Assembly (NCBI RefSeq): GCF_964355755.1
Contig: NC_092676.1
Location: 21,346,871 to 21,410,870 of the forward strand
Direction: 5' to 3'
DNA length: 64,000 bases
DNA from: Antedon mediterranea
Lineage: Eukaryota; Animalia; Echinodermata
The translations under genes were made by a program, and so were the position numbers. Under the pieces are notes generated by a model, which saw only the letters and a program-made list of their open reading frames with translations, was not told where the DNA came from and made no database searches. Shown here piece by piece: positions 41,820 through 55,900 of the stretch (position 1 is its first letter; every line of letters starts with the position of its first letter).

Positions 41820-42634
41820 ATGGTTCCACGGGAGAAATCATTTACTGGTAGAGAGACTGTTGTAACATTTACATCGGTCAAAGGAACAACTGATGTCACA
41901 ATAGCACCAGGAACAAAATGGTCACAGTTGAAGAAATCGGTAGGCAGACAATTACACACCAATGCAGAAATAAAATTTAAATTAGGTGAAATAGATCTAC
42001 GTGATGAATGTACAGTTGAATTGGAACAACTAAATGGTGTACCTGTACATGTCATTGAACAACCAGAATGCGTCTATGAATTAGATCCTTCTCTACTCGC
42101 TAAGAAATACAATTACAATTTCACTCGCAAGGACGATGGTGATGCCGTCTACATGAGGGGGGGGGGGGGGATATCAGTATCACCGACCATGCGGATGGTA
42201 CAGATATGCTGTTGCTGTTAAAGATGTCTACGGATATGATAACACTTGGCTTGGACCAGGCGGCATACGTACGGAAACTAGTCCTGATGAATGGCCGGTC
42301 TCGTACCACGGAACCAGCATAAGAAAAAAGGGTGAGGTTGTTGACAAACAATCCAACACAAATGAACCGGAGTATATTAACGGAGTTTACAGCAGTCCAT
42401 CGTTGACCATGATAGAGGATATATATGCCGAGACTTTTAAGTATAAAGGAAAAAGTTACAAGATCGCTTTTCAGAATAGAATCAATCCAGACATTGATGG
42501 TGGTCACATGAAAATCATTCCAAAGGAGAAAACAAAACTTAAAAAAGCTGAATACTGGGTTTCACCAATGGAAGACCCAGCAGAGGAAATATATGATGTC
42601 AGACCATGGTATCATTATTAAGCTGGACAATTAA
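41820..42634 (+). pseudogene. Ubiquitin-like domain + PARP/ARTD-type ADP-ribosyltransferase, about 271 aa if repaired; frameshifts at G14 (42157-42170) and 42607
   Basis: N-terminal beta-grasp pattern (VVTFTS..TTDVTIAPGTKWSQLKKSV...IKFKLGEIDLRDECTV...VPVHVI). After the G run: YHRPCGWYRYAV...WLG...WPVSYHGT...GVYSSP...IYA...YKIAFQNRINP...AEYWV...DVRP(Y)GIIIK. It may be an intact gene with assembly errors. Confidence 0.8.
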
Positions 42635-43907
42635 AAATCCTAAAGCCTGGTCTATTTTAGGGTCTAAAATCTTAGTTGACAAAATTCAACAACATAAGCG
42701 CAACGCAAGTGAGTTGACCAATGACGAGCAGAAATTCAGATGATTCACGTGTCGTGATTGGTCAAATTCATTATGTTGCGCTTATGTCCTAGTTGGAACC
42801 AATTGCTTTATACTAAGATGGATAACACAGTCTCACGATGAGTTTAATGCGTAGTCAACGCCCTATACAGCGCTTATTCTGGGTTATAGTGTTCATGTTT
42901 TCCTAACTGTAGGTTAGACGAATGAAACGTTACTAATAAACCATCTGGGACTTAATTATACTTTATTTCAGGCAAGTAGCGTAAATGTATTTTATGTAAG
43001 TTGCATGTACAGAGAAATAAAGATAAACTGAGTAATGTAGCATAATAAATATATTATTTCTATAATATTGCTAAAAATCAGATTTAAAAGTCCATAATAT
43101 TTTATAATATTGCTTTAAATTAAATTAAACGTCCATGATTAATCTTAATGTTAACATTTACTTTTGTATTATTGCAAATGTAATAAAACAAAATGTTCTT
43201 AATGCTCTACAAAAATAGAGAGCAAATTACAATTATATCATAAATAAAATTTTCATTAAAAATATCAATGAATGAACTATGACGAAAGAAGTAAGTTTTT
43301 ACTTTCCTTTACCAGAGTCGATCTTTTTCCATGAATACCGTATATAAGATTTGAAGTTTTACATTTATTGTTACGCAGTAGAATATATACAACTATCTGA
43401 ATATATACAGTACAGTACATTATATACTTTGGTTATATGGAGTATTAATAATTGTTAATTCATTTAAGACATAATATAATTAATAATAAGTCTGAAAACA
43501 ATTAATTGAATTATGTAGAATACAATACAAATGATGTAGCATAGTTCAGTAAGGAAGGCGAATAATTAATCAATATACACATAATAATAATTGTCAATAC
43601 TTTTACTTGATCTAATATAAAAGTTATTCTCTAAAACTATAGTTTTCAAAGTTTCAAAAGAAAACTGGTTGTATCGGGTTATAAACATCCATCCCATAGT
43701 ATTTTTTACAAAAACAAAAAGTGCATTTAAAAACACTCAAAGGATGGTAAAAAAAGTATCTAACTCCTAAACATTTTGGTAAATAATTATATATACTTTC
43801 AACTAATAAAAACCATCTGTATCGAGTCTTTATTCAGTAACAATATTCTTTTACATATAACTATTGAAGCAGTTTTGTTTGTTTTGGTCATAAATTCCTG
43901 CTTTACT

Positions 43908-46900
43908 TCAATTCTGTGCAGAGTAAAGTTGTGCAATTGTTTTCCATGTGTCAACAGCATGGCTTAAAGTTATGGTGTCTGATAAATTGTCTAGTTCAGT
44001 AATTTCAGCATTCTCGTTTTTAATTCCATAATATTCTTCCAGTGTGCAAGAAATTCTGAAAATATACATTTGTTTTTATATAAGATTTTAAGTCGGCATG
44101 AGTGAGTGAGTATGAGTAGGGAGTGAGTTTGAATAGTAAGTGAGTATGAATAGGAGCGAGTTTGAATAGTAAGTGAGTATGAATAGGAGCGAGTTTGAAT
44201 AGTAAGTGAGTATGAATAGGAGCGAGTTTGAATAATAAGTGAGTTTGAATAGTAAGTGAGTATGAATAGGAGCGAGTTTGAATAGTAAGTGAGTTTGAAT
44301 AGTAGTGAGTATGAATAGTAAGTGAGTATGAATAGTAAGTGAATATGAATAGGAGCGAGTTTGAATAGTAAGTGAGTTTGAATAGTAAGTGAGTATGAAT
44401 AGTAAGTGAGTATGAATAGGAGCGAGTTTGAATAGTAAGTGAGTTTGAATAGTAAGTGAGTATGAATAGTAAGTGAGTATGAATAGGAGCGAGTTTGAAT
44501 AGTAAGTGAGTTTGAATAGTAAGTGAGTATGAATAGTAAGTGAGTATGAATAGGAGCGAGTTTGAATAGTAAGTGAGTTTGAATAGTAAGTGAGTATGAA
44601 TAGGAGCGAGTTTGAAAAGTAAGTGAGTTTGAATAGTAAGTGAGTATGAATAGTAGCGAGTTTGAATAGGAGCGCGTATGAGTAGTGAGTAGTGCAAATT
44701 TAGTGAATTGAAGAAGAAGAATAGGAATACAATAAATATAAATAGGGTACAATTTAAACTTACGGCCAAATTTTCCTGTCTTCATCCGATTGGTCACTAA
44801 GGTTCAAAACAATATATTCATAAAGTTCCCCACACAGTTGATCTAAATTACTGAACCTTAGCTGAGCTTTCAGATCATCTTTGCTCTTATCAGTCAATTG
44901 TTGTTGATAATCTTCTCCAACTCCATCAAATGGATCCTGAAAATCATCAAAATAATTATCTTTTTATATGTGACCGAGAAAGGAAAGTTTTTGTAATTTG
45001 TGAGCCATTAATCTAATAATCCTCTGTTTCAATTGTTATGTATTTGGTTAGCAATAGGCCTACATGTATGTTTTATGAACGTGTATGAAACAGAACTGAA
45101 TTTTTAAACGGCTAAAAAAAATCGATATTTACCTGAAAGTTATTGGTAAGTCTCACAGCTTTATCCATTGCGAGTAGCTGCCAAAGGGCCAGGACATGTT
45201 TCAGACGACAATGACGTGAAGCCTAGTAAGAATAATACTTTGTCATAACTACTTTTTATTTTATGTACACAAAAAAACAATGTGCAGTTTCAAATTTTAT
45301 TAATATTGAACGAAATAGTACACACCAAATATTTACAATATTAGGAATTATTTTATTTTTGCAAAATATGGCTACAGCTTTGTATACTGTACAAGATGTA
45401 TTCATTCCTTGTCATTGTAAAATGTAGGGAATGTTTTTTTGTTTAAATTGATTGATCCTCAATAAACTATACTTGGATGTAGCCCTATATTTTCTGCTTA
45501 AAAGTTATTAAACAAATTAAGATTGGCAATTAAAAATCCTAAAACCTGGTCCTGGTCTATTTTAGGGTCTAAAATTTTAGTTCTCACTTGTACACAATTC
45601 AACAACATAGGCGCAACGCAAATGAGTTGACCAACCAAGACAAGACCAATATTATTCACCCAACTGTAGACCTAATATATATACTGTATATAGTACTGAC
45701 ATGACAAACAATGTATTAGGAATTAATTACCGTGGCACTTTTTAGCATTTTATTCTGTGACATAGCAAGTTTATCTCGCAAGTAGTTGTTGATCAACATG
45801 TTGCCTTCCGGTTTGTAGTTAGCGAGGAAACCAATAGCAATATCCAAAGATGCTAAACATCCACACAGATCTTGGTATGACTTCAGTTCAGCTATGATGT
45901 TGCATTGTAGAGCTTTTGACAATTCTTCCTGCAAATTAAAGAAAAGCTGTGTAATAATAATGTTGTGGGTTTTTTTTTGTTTAATTTTTTTATATATAAA
46001 ATATTGTACATGATATATTGTAATGTGACACAAACAACAGTCTGTTGTGGTCTAAGCAACTACTCTCAGAAAGAAAATGTGTGGATTTTTCAATACTAAA
46101 GTTATCAATATTATAGACTATCTGAGATCAAAAGATTGTTTTTTGAAGTATTTCAGTAGTCTTAAAGACAACCCCAGCTAAAAAACATTATTTTATTAAC
46201 TTAAATTTGTATCAACATTTGAAGAAGGGCATTAACTTGTCAAATTAAAAAAAAATTGATATTATATTTTTTACATTTTTAAGATCAAAACCTTTTTTGG
46301 AAAGGTTAATAAATGAATTGCTTGATAAAGTACTACTATATTTCTGTTTGGTAGAATAATATATAATATATTGTATTAGTGTTACAAACTTAAAAAGTGA
46401 ATCTGAATAATAGCCATGAATCTTAAATTTTACCTGCGGAATATTATTTCGCAAATTCTCAAAGATAGCAGCATGTCGAACATCCTCACGGAACAAAAGA
46501 TGGTCAAATTTGCAATTGATAAATGCACGTCCTCTGACGAATCTTTCAATTACTTGGAGCTCCAGACCAGCCAAGTTATATTCAACTCGGTTCTCTTCCA
46601 TTGGTCGTACTATATACTGACACTGCGACAAAATTAATGGAAGCAAATCACGGTCTGGGTCATAGACGATCAGATGCGACTGTAATAAATCTGATTTCGT
46701 CTGCACTTTACTGAAAAAATAAAATAAAAAACACTTTTAAACTGTGAATATTAATTAGTCCTCAAAAAAGAATTTATGTAATTGTCATGTTGCATTGAAC
46801 TGTGAACATCTCAAGCAAATTAAATCAAAACCAATTAAAACAGCTTTATTGTTTCACCCTAGCTATACTATAATTAAGAAATGCCAGGTGTTCCCATGAA

Positions 46901-49900
46901 TTTTGGAGGTACTAGGACAATAACTGCAATTATATTAATATTAAAAATGTATCATGTCACTAATCTAAAAAGTAGTATAAAAAGAGATACCACCAATCAT
47001 TATATTATATTGATGAGCTGCATCTTTTTGAAAATTACACCAATAAGTATCATTAAAATATTCAGGTCAACATAAAGCACAGAAAACGTATGTGTACACA
47101 GGAACATTTTCGCAAAATTAAGCATAAAAATTGAAAGAAATACTCAAAATAAATTGGTAAAACTAACCTTAGTTGCTCATTTCGGATGTTTTGAAATTTT
47201 CCAAGAAATTCATTTTGTGTATTTACAAGAAAATCTACAAGACCAGTGCTACAGAGCCCCGATCCCTGCATTGTTGGTAACAGTATCGCCATGTTGCTGT
47301 TGCACGTCAAGGTTTCCAAAAAGCATTCTTTTGAGACTGGTGCTTTGACTAAAATCATTAATCAAAATTGCAATAAATGTATTTTCTTTTAAATATCTAA
47401 TTATTATTGAACAACTTAGCCAATTTCATAATAATGTCGTTTGTAGAAAATAGGAAGATTTCTATCTATCTACAGAAGGTGCTTTAATATAAAAAAATAA
47501 CATTATTGTAGTAAAATCTGATCCCTCCTGAGCAATACTTTTTTAATTTTTTTTTTAAACAACATAATATATACAGTAAGAGAAAAAAAGTACATCTATT
47601 TAATATAAATTTAATGTAAAGAAAGAATACTTATTTCAGTTCTAAATGTATAAACATAATTTTACCTGTTGCTGCCACATCTTGTCTGAGAAAATTCCAT
47701 GCATAAAAAAATGTGTCAATTAAACGTTTGAACTCTGAATGCTCTGAGACTGAAACGAACAATAATTATTATTATTATTTTATTTCTGCATCTTGGAATT
47801 GGCATCATTGTAATTATTATCAGGCCTGGACCATACCTACAAAACTTTATATAAAAGTGCTTTACCGTTTAGGTTTTAATGTAACAAAACAAAGATAGAA
47901 AATAATATAAATAAATAAAAGACTATTATTCCTTTTAAGACAAGTATAGCAATTTCACTGTCATATTAAGGTATAAAGAAATTGGTTTACAGTAACAAAC
48001 AATACACAAAACACCTACCAACTGGTAGGTCAGAATCTCAAATCCCAAGTTAAAATACTAATAACTTATTCATCCATTATTTATTATTTATTCTTCCATC
48101 AGATTAAAAACCTAAAGAAAAACTATTTACCAACAAAGCTCTATTAAATATCAGTGAAAATAATTACCAGGGAGTTGGTCCAAAAACTTTGAGATGCTTA
48201 AGGTGATTGCTTCAGACAAATCTATATGTCGATTAAACTTGTTGATTAGTAGACGTTGTAATTGTACTATGTCAGGTAGATATCGCACAAATCTTAGATG
48301 CTTTTCCTGCAACAAAAAATGTTTTAATAAAGTATTTTATATAGTATATACAGAGCAAATCTGTATGCAGTAGCGAACTATTGATTAAAGTATACTTATT
48401 TCGCATTTTTAACTATTTCAAATGTTAATGTGAACAGAAATGTCTTGCTACTATAATTTTGATTAGTACTGTATTATGTATAATTAAATACTATTATTGC
48501 CAGTTTCTGAATTACGAATCACAGTCATACAGTAGTCTAACTAACTATCTAACCTTTTCCATAAAATTCTTAAGTACAAGCAAGGAATTATCATCTTGCT
48601 CATTTTCCAAAGCTTGATGGATGCTGTGTATTGTGATGCGACTACGATACTGCCAAACGTGAGATGTGTCAGCCAGATTACCAAGGTCTTCAGGCTCAAT
48701 TGGTGCATTCAGCAAACACATCAGGGGGTCATTGCTAAGACGTTTGTCCTCGCTTAATGCCTTGTTTGATTTGTGGATCATTTTGTCCAGACCCTAGATA
48801 AACATTAAAAGTACGTTTCAGGAACACAGTTACATTTAATGAGTGGAAGGGATGCTGAGGTGTAAAAAAAATTGACTTGGTGAATGCTTTAATCATGCTT
48901 TAATTCAACCTCAACCCAGTTGAGTTAAATTCCTGGGGTCAAATTTTCAACAGCTTACAAAATCCTCTTTACTTTGTTTTAAGTAAATTATTTTTCTTAA
49001 GTCAGTTTTCAGAGTAATGATGTCCATAACATAAAAAGGACTGGTTTGATACTAAAAGATACAATTTTTCACCTTTTTAACTATGATTTAAGCAAAAAGA
49101 TTGATAGTCTACCTGAAGGACAGGTTTTATGTAAGCTGCTGTAAAGTTTTCTTCCCAAGTCTTTCTACAATTCTTCGATGTTAGCAGTTGCTGAAAACCA
49201 GTTTGTAATTTTTCTATAGAACAAAATAATGAACTTGATTAATCAACAAAAATAAAAACAATTTTCGCTTTTGACAATAAAAAATTAAAATAAAGGCTTT
49301 TGGAAAGTTAGCAGATGAATTTAGGCATCACTGTTTGGATAGTGAATATTTTACCAAATCACTGATTTGTAGATCCTGCTGCTTATAATTTGTATGACTA
49401 ATTGTTAACCTGTCTGGCAGTTGTCAAGCATACAGTTGTGACGCTGATGCCATCACACCCTGTGTGAGATGAGATGAGATTTTTATCTTAAATCTTTTAA
49501 CTTCTTACAAGACCTTGACCCACACAAACAGTGTGACTTACCTGCAACTCTTCTTTGAAAAATATTGTCAATGACTTTATGCAGAATAAAGATACAGTCA
49601 TCCCTGCTTTTTCCTGTTGTCACTGACAAGAGCCATATATCATTATGCAGATGTTTCCATAGAAATTCAAAGACATTTAGTGGTGTTGGTTTAATGATGG
49701 TGATAATTGGCTAAAAAAGAACACATTTTTTTTATTCAAAATTATAAAGTTTAAATATCTTTGATAAAAAACACTAACAGCTAAATTGATATATGTATAA
49801 TACAACATTAAAACGCTACCTGAGGTCCATGTTGGCACTCTGTACCCAGTAGCATGCTGCCATGCAACAGGAATCGGACAATAGCAGTTGCTACACAGTT

Positions 49901-52900
49901 CATGGATCTTTCACAAACAATCTGGTTACCATGTGGCTGAGCTTCGCCTAGCACATGACCTGTTGATGTTGTATCGACCCTGTAAAAAATGTAAACATAT
50001 CATTATACCTTCTTTAAGTACAATACATTTTTTTTGTGATATTGATCTGAGATATTTAAGGATCTGAGCCAACAGAGTAAATATTTGAGTATAATGCATA
50101 AATGAAATCTTTCTTAACAGTACACCAATTAAGAATTGACAAAGACATTTATTTTCAGTTGAAACAAGTTCTTAACAAAAATTCATCAATAGTAGATCTA
50201 GAGTAGTAGATCAATAAAGACTGGCTTTAAAAGTGTGCTGGCAAAAAAAATAAATATAAATTTTATTGTCCAGAAGATTGGCTGAAAAACAATCAATACT
50301 TATATATAATATTGCAACTGTTGAAACCTGAATTAATTTTATTAGTCATTTATTTTTTTATTCCCTTACCTTCACTTATATTTATAATACAATGAATAAA
50401 CTAAAATGATTAAATTAACGAATGGCAGGTATTCAAATAATGAGATTTGTAAAATCAAAGTTACAACTTTACATTTTAGTAACTTCAATTGATGTGTTGT
50501 CTGAACGTAATCTATGTTGCTGCCCTCCAATTGGCAAGTTACATTCAAGACAATATCCAGTAAAAGTTGCTCTGCCACACTGAAAATACAATAGGAAATT
50601 CTTTAATAGTGATAATACAAAAATATTATCAATTAAGATGTAGGCTTAAGTCCAAAAAGGTAAGGAGTACATTGTTACCACTATTACTATATAAAGTAAA
50701 AATGAAAAACATATACAGTAGGCCTACCTTGAACACAGAGACACATAAACACATAATTATTATGTTTTAGTGAGGTCTATGTTTTTAATATGTATAGTAA
50801 GAAAACCCTGGGGCATTTGGTCTTTGTTTTAAAGTTCAGTTTAAAATTTAATTAAAAGCATAAGCAAATCAGGGCCAGTATACTTACATCTCCAATAACG
50901 TAAGGGTGACCATTTGGACATTCTACAGTAAAAACAAATAGAGTATTATTAAAAAACACTGATCAAAAGTTTAGTTGCTAGCTGCTTGACTCCTGGACAA
51001 CCGTAGTGGCAAGGATCTCTATCTACTGTAGATAATTGGTGCCTAATAAAATTGCAAAAGACGAGAGTGACAAGGGTGTATAAAACTGTAGGATCTCATA
51101 CAAATATGAAGTAAAATTAAAGTGACCTTTAAGTTGACTTACGATTCCATGTCATGTTACGCTCAGTATTTGATCGACGGAGTGCCTTCACAGCTTCCAT
51201 TGTATTATCTTGTGGCATTGCTGGTAAAAATGAATTCTAAAATGGAGAAATAACGCAAGTTTTGCATGGTATGTTTCAAAAGTTTAAAAAAAAGAATGGC
51301 TGAATTTATAATCCTGTTACTTGTTGGTGTCCTACTGTACGAAGAAGACTGGCTGTCATGAATTGGCTGTCATCCTCGTGCATCTATATATAAATTTACG
51401 TAAGGGCAAAATTCGATAAATCTCGGTTTATTTCTAGAATTTTTACTCGATGGTATATAAAGTTGGTTCATACTTTCGGTACTGATTTTAACCATCTGAT
51501 GTAACCCTGTTTACTAATTAAATTGAGTTAGGTAATTAGTTATTGACGATTAAAACGAATTTAGGTTTAACGATTTGCCCCAAATAGGGGTGTTTTCCAA
51601 TCGTGGTATACACTGTCTAATGAATGTCCATAGAAAAATACCCGCACACAATAATACGAGTATGCTTCGCATTTTCCTATCTCCTCCTACGATAATTGTT
51701 TTTAATAGCTGAAAACCGGTTGAACAGCTCGAGTATAGCATCATAATGTTGAAGACAGGCCGATTTTCTTTAAAAAATACTATTTTGATAGATTTAATAT
51801 ACATTTTATACAACTGCTTTGATCTGCGATAAATGGAACATTCCAATCTCTGTTCCACAAGTGTCTATTCCCTCAGGCGTCGTAAAGACAAGTACTGTAC
51901 AGTCATAACAGAAATTCGATCCATTTTATCCAATCTGTGCTGCAGAGGTTGGATATAGGTAATTGTTTTAACGGATAATGAGCTAGCCTTTCCAGTCGCC
52001 GTCTATTATGTACAATCATCTTTATTATTGCAGTTAAACCACCACCCACACCACCACCCTCCCCCCCCCCCCCCCTCAATGGCATGAGTAGCGTTGTAAA
52101 GCCAGTAGAGGACAGGCCTACAGTACAAAGGATCACATGCCCTAAACGCAGAACAACTTTGGTGGTTAGGAACCAACTTAAGTATGAATTGGCTCTAAGA
52201 AACAATTGAAAACCATTAGACCTACTAATTAAGTTGAGTTAGATAATTATTCATTGACGATCAAAGCGAATTTACGATTTTCCCCGAATAGAGGTGTTTA
52301 CTTTATTACTGACAGTTCCTTCTGAACGTTTATATTAATTAATAATGTAATTACTGTACAAAAAAATATAAACGTCGTATTAGTGATGTATCGTTACATG
52401 TACTGTACTATTTCAATCGACTGTACGGTGACAGTTTCAACAAAGTATTAAATAGCAATGTTTTACTGTGTTTAGTCATGGAGGTATAAATACCTCCATG
52501 GTTTAGTGGTATATTATTTGTAAAACATGAAAACAATTAATATTTCGTTACTAAATGGATAAAGAATATATTTAAAAATTGTTTGTCTTTGCACCCATCC
52601 TCTTCCCCATCACTCAACCCTCATGTTGCATACAAAACACAAATTCAGTTTGTTTCAAAACAATTCGTTCCTGTAAACGACATGTAATAGTGTCCTTTAT
52701 GTACATTTGAAGTCGCCAATTTTTTAACTCTGAAATTACTATGTATTCGAGAACCATCTGTGGGCACGACCATCTAGTTTCTCATAATTCTCTGTCCATT
52801 CATTTATTTTGTTTATAGTCATTGCTATAATCAATGTGGTAATTTGTAAAATCCTTGTATTCCACATTTTCCAATTGATTACTCAGAATTTAATCTGGAT

Positions 52901-55900
52901 AACATCAAATTCATTAAGGTACTTGCTACTTATTGTAAGTGTCAAATTATATAATATTTTTCGTTTACTTCAACCATAGAGATGTTTCAACATTTGCCTC
53001 CATTTAATAGGAGGCATTCTAGGCATATGTATGGCATCCTCTGACTTTTGCATTTGCTTTGTTGCAGTTTAGGCTTAAGATTGTAGGGCTGATTATCAAT
53101 AATCTAATTACTGTAGTTATTATTTGAGTTTAAAAGTATCTTACCTGCATGTTAGAAGGATTTCTCATCAATGTAGCAAGGCATTGTGTCAATGATTTTC
53201 GATCAACTACATTTAGAACAATTTGAAGGTGATTCACAGCTCCCTGAATACCGTAGTCTTGATGACTCAAACCAGGCATGACTCTAAGAACATGCTGCAC
53301 ATTCTGTGCTCTGTTCATCAACAATGTGTCTGCTAGATCCTTTACAAACAAAATTTACATTTTGATTTTGTTACTTATGTATTTTTTTTTTCATTGACAT
53401 TGAGAATTTTGTACTGACAATAATAATCACATTTTTACTTACCTTACTTTTGAGGAATGCAAAATTCTGAAAGACCTTTCCAAGCTTTTTTTTAACCTAA
53501 ATAAAAAATCATAGAGAAGCTATGATTGACTGATTGCGCAATTTGTATTTTTGGTAATTCAAATAAACTTTTCCAAAAAATACAAACTATTTAATTAAAA
53601 ATTAATTCAATTAATTAACATTACATTAACTTACCTCTGAAGAGATCATTTTAATGCCTACTTGTGTTGTTGCGTTCATTGTTATCTCTCTGAATACGGA
53701 AAGGAGCAAGCAAACTTCTTTTTGCTTTTCTTGTCCTTTTACACTCTACAGTACATAAACAAAAATGGTAGAATTTTAAATATAAACTGCATATAAGTAT
53801 GACTCACCAGTTATAGTTTATTTTCATATATAAGTGTACTGTGGAACCAAAATGTATAACATTGAGCTCGTTTGAATCTTTACAAATGTGAAAATGAAAG
53901 TATTCTACTCTAGAAATAATTATTATCAACATACCAGAATCACTTTTGACATTTTCTTATATTTTTTATCCACTATGCATTCGCCTACTGCTTCCCGAAT
54001 GGTCTTATACATATCTCCAAGAATGACAAAACAATCTGGAACACTTTGCTCCTATTTGTGGTAAAAACAAAATTAAAATAAAATTATACATTCACCATTT
54101 AGAATCTTACAGTTAAAAATATTAATTAGTTGTCTGTGTCCATCCATTAATTGAGAGGTCTTTGTTTTTGTAAATGTGTTTCCACTATCAATTATAGTTT
54201 TGACTATTCCATGGTTGAATAGGCACATATCCATAGATCTGAAGGACTGTAGCAAATATTACCACATTTGTATACACTTTACTTATTCTTAAACAGATGA
54301 CATTTAGAACAATGCAAGTGTGTACCATAAGAGTATACATAATGTATTGTTAGGAGGCTTTATTACCCACTGTAAAGAGAGATTATCTGTAAAATAACAA
54401 CTAAACAAAAATGCAGACCTGAACCTTCAACTCATCTGGCAAGATCCAGTTCAACTGTCCATCTCCTCTGAATTGGTTGACAGCATCTCTACCATATGCC
54501 TTATACATGTATCTTATTAGGTACAGCTGAGCTTGCTTGTTCCTCCTACAAAACCCACAAGCTTCTCTAAGCAGCATGCTTAGCTAAAAAATAATTTGTC
54601 ATAAATAGTCAATACATATGAAAAAGTTATAAAGTTTTTAGCTGGTTCACATCTGAGTAAGTGCCAATGACACATCTTGTTGACATGCTAACCAAACAAT
54701 TATTTATTGACAAACAGTTAATGCTCTATTTGATAAGCAATATAAATAAAACTAATAATCAAATAAAAACTTACAAGACGCTTCACGTTTATTGAATGTT
54801 GGTGTTGCTGTGTCACATCAATGAGAATAGTAAATGCATACCGTATCTGCGATACAGCCTCAAGTAACTTTACACTTAATGAATCTTCTAACACGTGTTG
54901 CCTGGTAAAGAAAGTTACAGCACTCTGCAGTTTCCTATGAGCATGCTCTATGAGCTCACATGTTTTATTATCTGCAGAGTCTTGAGAGACACGTGAATAG
55001 TATGTGTCCTAAAAGAAATCGGATTAGGAAAGATGTGTTTAATATTTTATTTATCCAGTCCAAAGTTTATTATCTAGTGATGACCTTCTTTGACTGGGTG
55101 TTTGTTTATATTCACCTAAACTTCACTTGCCTAGCAGTTATACTCTAGAAGACTACTGAAGTACACTACAACAACGGAAATGTCAATTTATTTTTATGTA
55201 CCAAAAATCATAATGCTTTACTAATGTTAATATTACCACAGAATAAAAGTTCATTTCATGCAATAGTCACCTATACATGATATAAGGGTACACTAGTTGT
55301 TCAGATGGTAGACTTAAAATTCAATCAAATAGGGGTAAATTTATACTCTAAACAAAAACTTAAAATAAGAATGAAGAACATGTATTAAACTTAATGACAT
55401 AGAGTAAAAAAGATTCTTTTAAATTGTAGTTTTGTGATGATTACATATACCAAAGAATATATATAACAAGAATGAGTATTCCGCGATTTTTGCATGAGAA
55501 ATTTGTAACAGAGAGCTCCAGAGAGTGATGCCCGCCCTCATAAGGGCGGATGTATACATACTAAATAAGACTTGATTTAATAGATATTATACATGTCACA
55601 TTAAATAGAATTATGATAATATATTTCGCAATTGTAAACTATTTTATAATACATATTTATTAACAAACTAGTGTACATTCACTTTTACAGACAATTATTT
55701 ACTAACATGCTAAATTAGTTCACAAAAAAGGCCTAACACAGCAACACCAAAATCAACAAATCGTTACTCAGCACGGCCTATTCTTTACCATTGCCGCGTA
55801 CTACTCTACGCCCGGTAAATTAAGTATTGTTTTTATGATATAAATTAGTATAAAATACATGTTATTTATAGGATAAAATGTTAAATGTCATTAACATTTA

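Larger units (their letters stand above)
38890..42760 (+). repeat. Segmental duplicate of 19600-20890 (CARS1 3' UTR, spacer and ART gene)
   Basis: Colinear blocks 19602-20092 with 38893-39230, 20152-20510 with 40317-40695, and 20521-20880 with 42369-42722. Confidence 0.9.

Noticed and set aside
44094-44700. CRISPR-like array
   Set aside because: Contiguous tandem units without unique spacers, eukaryotic intron context and no cas genes.
43991-44797. Long minus-strand ORFs of 268 aa and 249 aa
   Set aside because: They are translations of the intronic minisatellite; the real RNF213 exons flank it with clean GT-AG sites.
51550-52205. ORFs of 102 aa and 100 aa in an RNF213 intron
   Set aside because: They lie within the Helitron-like repeat and show no Rep/helicase or host motifs.
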